A stretch of DNA of 64,000 nt from Anthoceros angustus (lineage: Eukaryota > Plantae > Anthocerotophyta): NCBI GenBank assembly GCA_010909165.1, contig MU008165.1, positions 1,798,001 through 1,862,000 on the forward strand, given 5' to 3'. The notes below the pieces were generated by a model, which had not been told where the DNA came from, did not search any database, and saw nothing but the letters and a program-made list of their open reading frames with translations. Positions 60,168 to 64,000 of this stretch are shown one piece after another; within the stretch, counting starts at the first letter, position 1; every line of letters starts with the position of its first letter. Both the position numbers and the translations under genes were made by a program.

Positions 60168-63100
60168 TTACATTTCTGTCCCTCCTACAAGCATGCAAAG
60201 GATATGTACCAAGCCCATGATTAGTCTGGAAAGGGAAATGGCCTTTCTATTGATCTTGGGCAACTGCTTGGCAAGTACATAATTTCGCAAACTGCGGAAG
60301 CCTGGCAATCTGCTTTTCAAGACCAACTGCCCAACAAAGATGTGATGACATTGACTGCAACGATCGCAGGCAGGGTATGTTGAGTATGGGAACAGGAGTG
60401 AGGCCCCTGATCTCTGTCCAAGCAGCATAGCGTCCGCATGACTACATTACCTTTGAATGAGTCCTTTAAGCATGGACGAACGCAGGAAAACCGTTTATCA
60501 AGGAAAGCAGGTCCATTCGCAGATCAGGACTGCAATGTATGCCAAACATTGGCCTCGGGATTAGAGAATGCACATAATCGTGTTTAACAGAAATTGCCAT
60601 CAAATCTGCACACGAGAAGTCTGTAAAGTGTGCAAACCAAGCATTTTGCTGAATTTCCAGGAAGGTAAGAATTGGGGGTACCACCATTAGTGTAGTTGGC
60701 TTCCGCAGCAGGAGAGGTTATAACTGAAAGCCAATACTAAACATAGTGCTGCTCAGCTTCCCATCGCTCGATATCTGCTCTTTCAAACAGAGCACATTTA
60801 TCTTGGCTGTGACAAGGCGCACACGTATAACCACAGAGTCAGGGTGAAAATTTTACCCTGCCAACCAGGGAGGAGAAGCAGAAACGTGACAAGTTCCACA
60901 CATACCCAAAATGCTTGTAGTTGTCAATCTTGGCAAGGCAGATGAAGCAGAAATAGGAACAACAATAAGTGCAGTACATCTTGTTGCAGCCACCATCCTT
61001 CTGTATTGCGATGTTACAGGTTGGACAGCGAGTTGAGTTGGCATTCACAACCTTCAAACTAAGAAGGTCATTCAGGCGATCCTGCTCTTTCTTCCGTTGA
61101 GCTGCACCCATTTGAGATCTTCTTTGACGTTCCTGCACCAATTAAACATTTGAGACTTCCTTTCACGTTCCTGCAGCAACATGCTGCCCAAAAAACAGGA
61201 TACAACCTTACACAACGACAACTCCACTGCTAACGTACAAACACACCTGTATAATGGCAAGCATCTCATCCGAAGATGCACATTTGTCAATGACATGCCA
61301 TTGGGCGCGACAGATGCTACAGAAACTGTAGAAACACTTCCCACATTGAACATGATGATCTTCATCTTCGATGCATGCCATCTGACACCGAGGACAATAC
61401 TCAATATCTGTCATAGAATCCAACGCTCTTTGCAATGTCAGGTCCTCCCATCGTTGGAAATCTAAGGCAGTAAGCAGCTCTTTCAGCAAAAAAGGGGGAA
61501 TTTGTTGTTTGCAACTAGTGTCGGGGCATATAATCTTGTTGACTGATCCTTCTTTCACCAGGCCTCCACAATACTGCCTCATGCATGCACGACAAGAAGT
61601 GTGACAACAAGACAACCTTGTAAACTCTTTCCCTGCATGAGGAATGAAGGCACAGGATAGAAAGGAAATGAGTACACACAACCTAATCGGACAGATCAGA
61701 CCTGGAAATCAAACACAACCCTCACACAGGAACCATTCCTACGTGAAAATCCAAAGGAACAAGTTCATCACATTCAGCATGCTACACGGAAAAATAAGCC
61801 ATATTGGTCTGTGCGCAAAGAGCTTCCAGTACCTGGAAATTCTGCCAGACAAATGTTGCATGAGTGCAAGGAGGCACAAAATCTTTGGTAGAGCTTCTCT
61901 TCGTTGTAGCTCAATAAACGAGGAACAACCACATCCACTGAATGGCACCCAGAAATAGCCCGAACATTGAATGGCCTCTGGGCACCTGAAGTCTCTGACA
62001 ATCCCAAAATCACCTTGTCGCAGAACCCAAGATGATTCAGATAGTTTTCCTGCAACCACGAAACCCATGCATAGCAAACTACTTGCCCTCGTTGATCCTT
62101 CCAGATGGAATCCAGGACCCTACAAAGGCTGGCAAGACTAGATTGTTGTAACCACCAACTCATCAAAACAAAGTTTGGAGGGGATCGCGATGGATAGGTC
62201 GGAGGAAAGGTGCACATGAAAGTGATAGGTGGAAGGAACTGGACCGCAAAGTCATGTACATTGCCCTCATACTCCGACCTATCACTCTTGGAGGCAGAAG
62301 TACTACCATCCCTAGAGCTGGAATTTTCGGGAGTGTCAGAGCTCTGACCAGAAGTAGAGCTTTCAGCAGGTGGAAGGGAAAGCGATGGCAGCTCTGCAGA
62401 CACCATCACTTTATCCGGAGTCTCCACATGAATAGATATCTGAAAGTATCATACAAAAGAGTTAGACCTGGGTTAACACCACACCCCTTCTCCAGGAATC
62501 TCCCAAGATGACATGCAAAGACACACAATGCACGTTGATTCCCCAGGGACTGCACCGCTTTTCTACATACCGCAAACATCTGACAGGTACAAAACAGAGA
62601 AACAGCAAGAATACCGTGAAAACAGAAGGCCACCCCTCTTCTGTATTGACAACCGTCAAATCTTCCCCAAATATGGCCTGCAAAACCATCATCTGCAACA
62701 CGCGCGACGCGCATCAAACAGGAGCCACCTTGCTACTCACCCCGAGCAGCCAAGCACATTGCGGTCAAGCACATACCTCATCTTCCTGTTCCTGTCTGTT
62801 GGCCTCCACCTCAGCTGCCTCCATGGCATGACCGCCTGTAGCGATGGACAGCTGCCTCAATCTCGCTGCCACCAATTCCTCGTTAAAAGCAACACCATTC
62901 CCCCCTGAAACCTTTTCCTCTCCCTTGATCTTGTCCTCCTGAGAAGGTGCAGGTTCCGACTCATTCAACGCACATGATTCAGCCTGATTCCTTGCATCTG
63001 CCTTCTCTGCAACACGCCTAACCAGCACCTGCTGCTCAGAGGCACCCCCATTCGACGCAGTCACAGGAGGGTTCCTCTTTTTGGAACCCCGTGATCTACT

Positions 63101-63265
63101 CCTGCCCTTCGCACTAGGAGCTGGGAGTCTACTGACTTCAGCACCTTGCAAGTAGTCTGTCAACATGGTCGGCTGAGGAGGACGACTATAGCCCCAGTGA
63201 GGGCTTACGTTGCCGGTAGGAGACTCGGGAATCTCTTCCTCTATCCAAGAGACATCTCCATCCAT
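60168..63265 (-). CDS. RWD-domain RBR E3 ubiquitin ligase (RNF14/ARA54-like), multi-exon; 3' end uncertain
   Basis: EQEDE|..LQAIFGED; VQFLPPITFMCTFPPTYPSRSPP; CNICLAEFPG; LSCCHTSCRAC..CPDTSC; YCPRCQMAC..CGKCFYSFC; CPTCNIAIQKDGGCNKMYC..FCFIC. Confidence 0.88.
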
Positions 63266-64000
63266 GAGGTTGCGACCTGCTGCAGATCCGTGCTCCTCCA
63301 CACACCTGTGGCAGACAGAGGAACCAGGCCTGCGCCTTAAATTCCGCAAAATTCTGCAACACCACCGCCCTCTCAATTTTGCTGGAATCCTCGGAAGGAA
63401 ACCAGCAGTAGAGGTCACAAGCGCCCAAAATCGCGTAGCCCAGAGTACTCGCGATCCATCATCAGCGATGCAATCGGGCAACTAGATCGGTGTAGCTCAG
63501 CTCTTCAATTCGTTGTCGTTCAGTCGGGATGCACTTCATGTACAATGTATACGTATGTACACTGACGTGGGCATATTGCTTAGCGTGGAGGACAAGGAAT
63601 GCAACAGAATTGCTACGATCCCGACTTCCGTGGACAACAGACGCCCTACAGTGGACCGATCATTTCAAAGGATTGTGTGGTAGCAAGAGCATAACTAGAG
63701 AGGAGGGGAGGGGTGAGTTATAATCAGGACCCAATTTATAGTAGACCTATGAATGATTTACCTTCCTACATATATAGACGACGCCCCCTTGCTCGAGATC
63801 TGGGCAAATTCACTCCCGACGCAAAGCATGCACAATCTCACAACCTCACAAGGTCGTGACTCAAAGCATGCACAATTTTATAACCTCTCAACCTCTCGAC
63901 GCTCTATTCCGTCGTTCATTGAGGATTCGCAGACAACGTTCTCGAGTCTAGTTATCTACATGCTTTAGATTACTGTGTGTCTTTGACTCAAGGACTTAGG

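Overview
Eukaryotic nuclear DNA from a compact, short-intron (mostly 70-150 nt), roughly GC-balanced seedless land plant. DYW:KP-type PPR editing factors point to a hornwort, lycophyte or fern, and hornwort fits best (inference). Genes, left to right: a polyphenol oxidase 3' fragment; plastid acyl-activating enzyme AAE15/16, preceded by a 5'-partial duplicate; a long coiled-coil protein with five 25-aa repeats; two head-to-head PLS-DYW:KP PPR genes; a P-class PPR; a short EDM2-like PHD protein; a multi-pass membrane protein; an AT-rich intronless CDPK-type kinase domain; a glyoxalase-I-like VOC gene; two convergent TOM2A-like tetraspanins; and an RWD-RBR E3 ligase. The central and right parts hold many TE remnants (Harbinger-like, copia, gypsy, LINE, MITE, minisatellites). 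Best leads: (1) a twice-repeated ~215 bp element with an apparently 5S-rRNA-derived head and a (TTC)n tail, i.e. a candidate plant 5S-derived SINE; (2) the divergent DYW:KP pair, which shares a 4-exon structure around a 298 bp spacer; (3) an ~800 bp hairpin with a perfect 47 bp core; (4) the domain-reduced EDM2-like and CDPK-like genes. Three indel-rich local tandem duplications may be long-read assembly artefacts. Exon boundaries were read by eye, and family calls rest on remembered motifs, not database searches.
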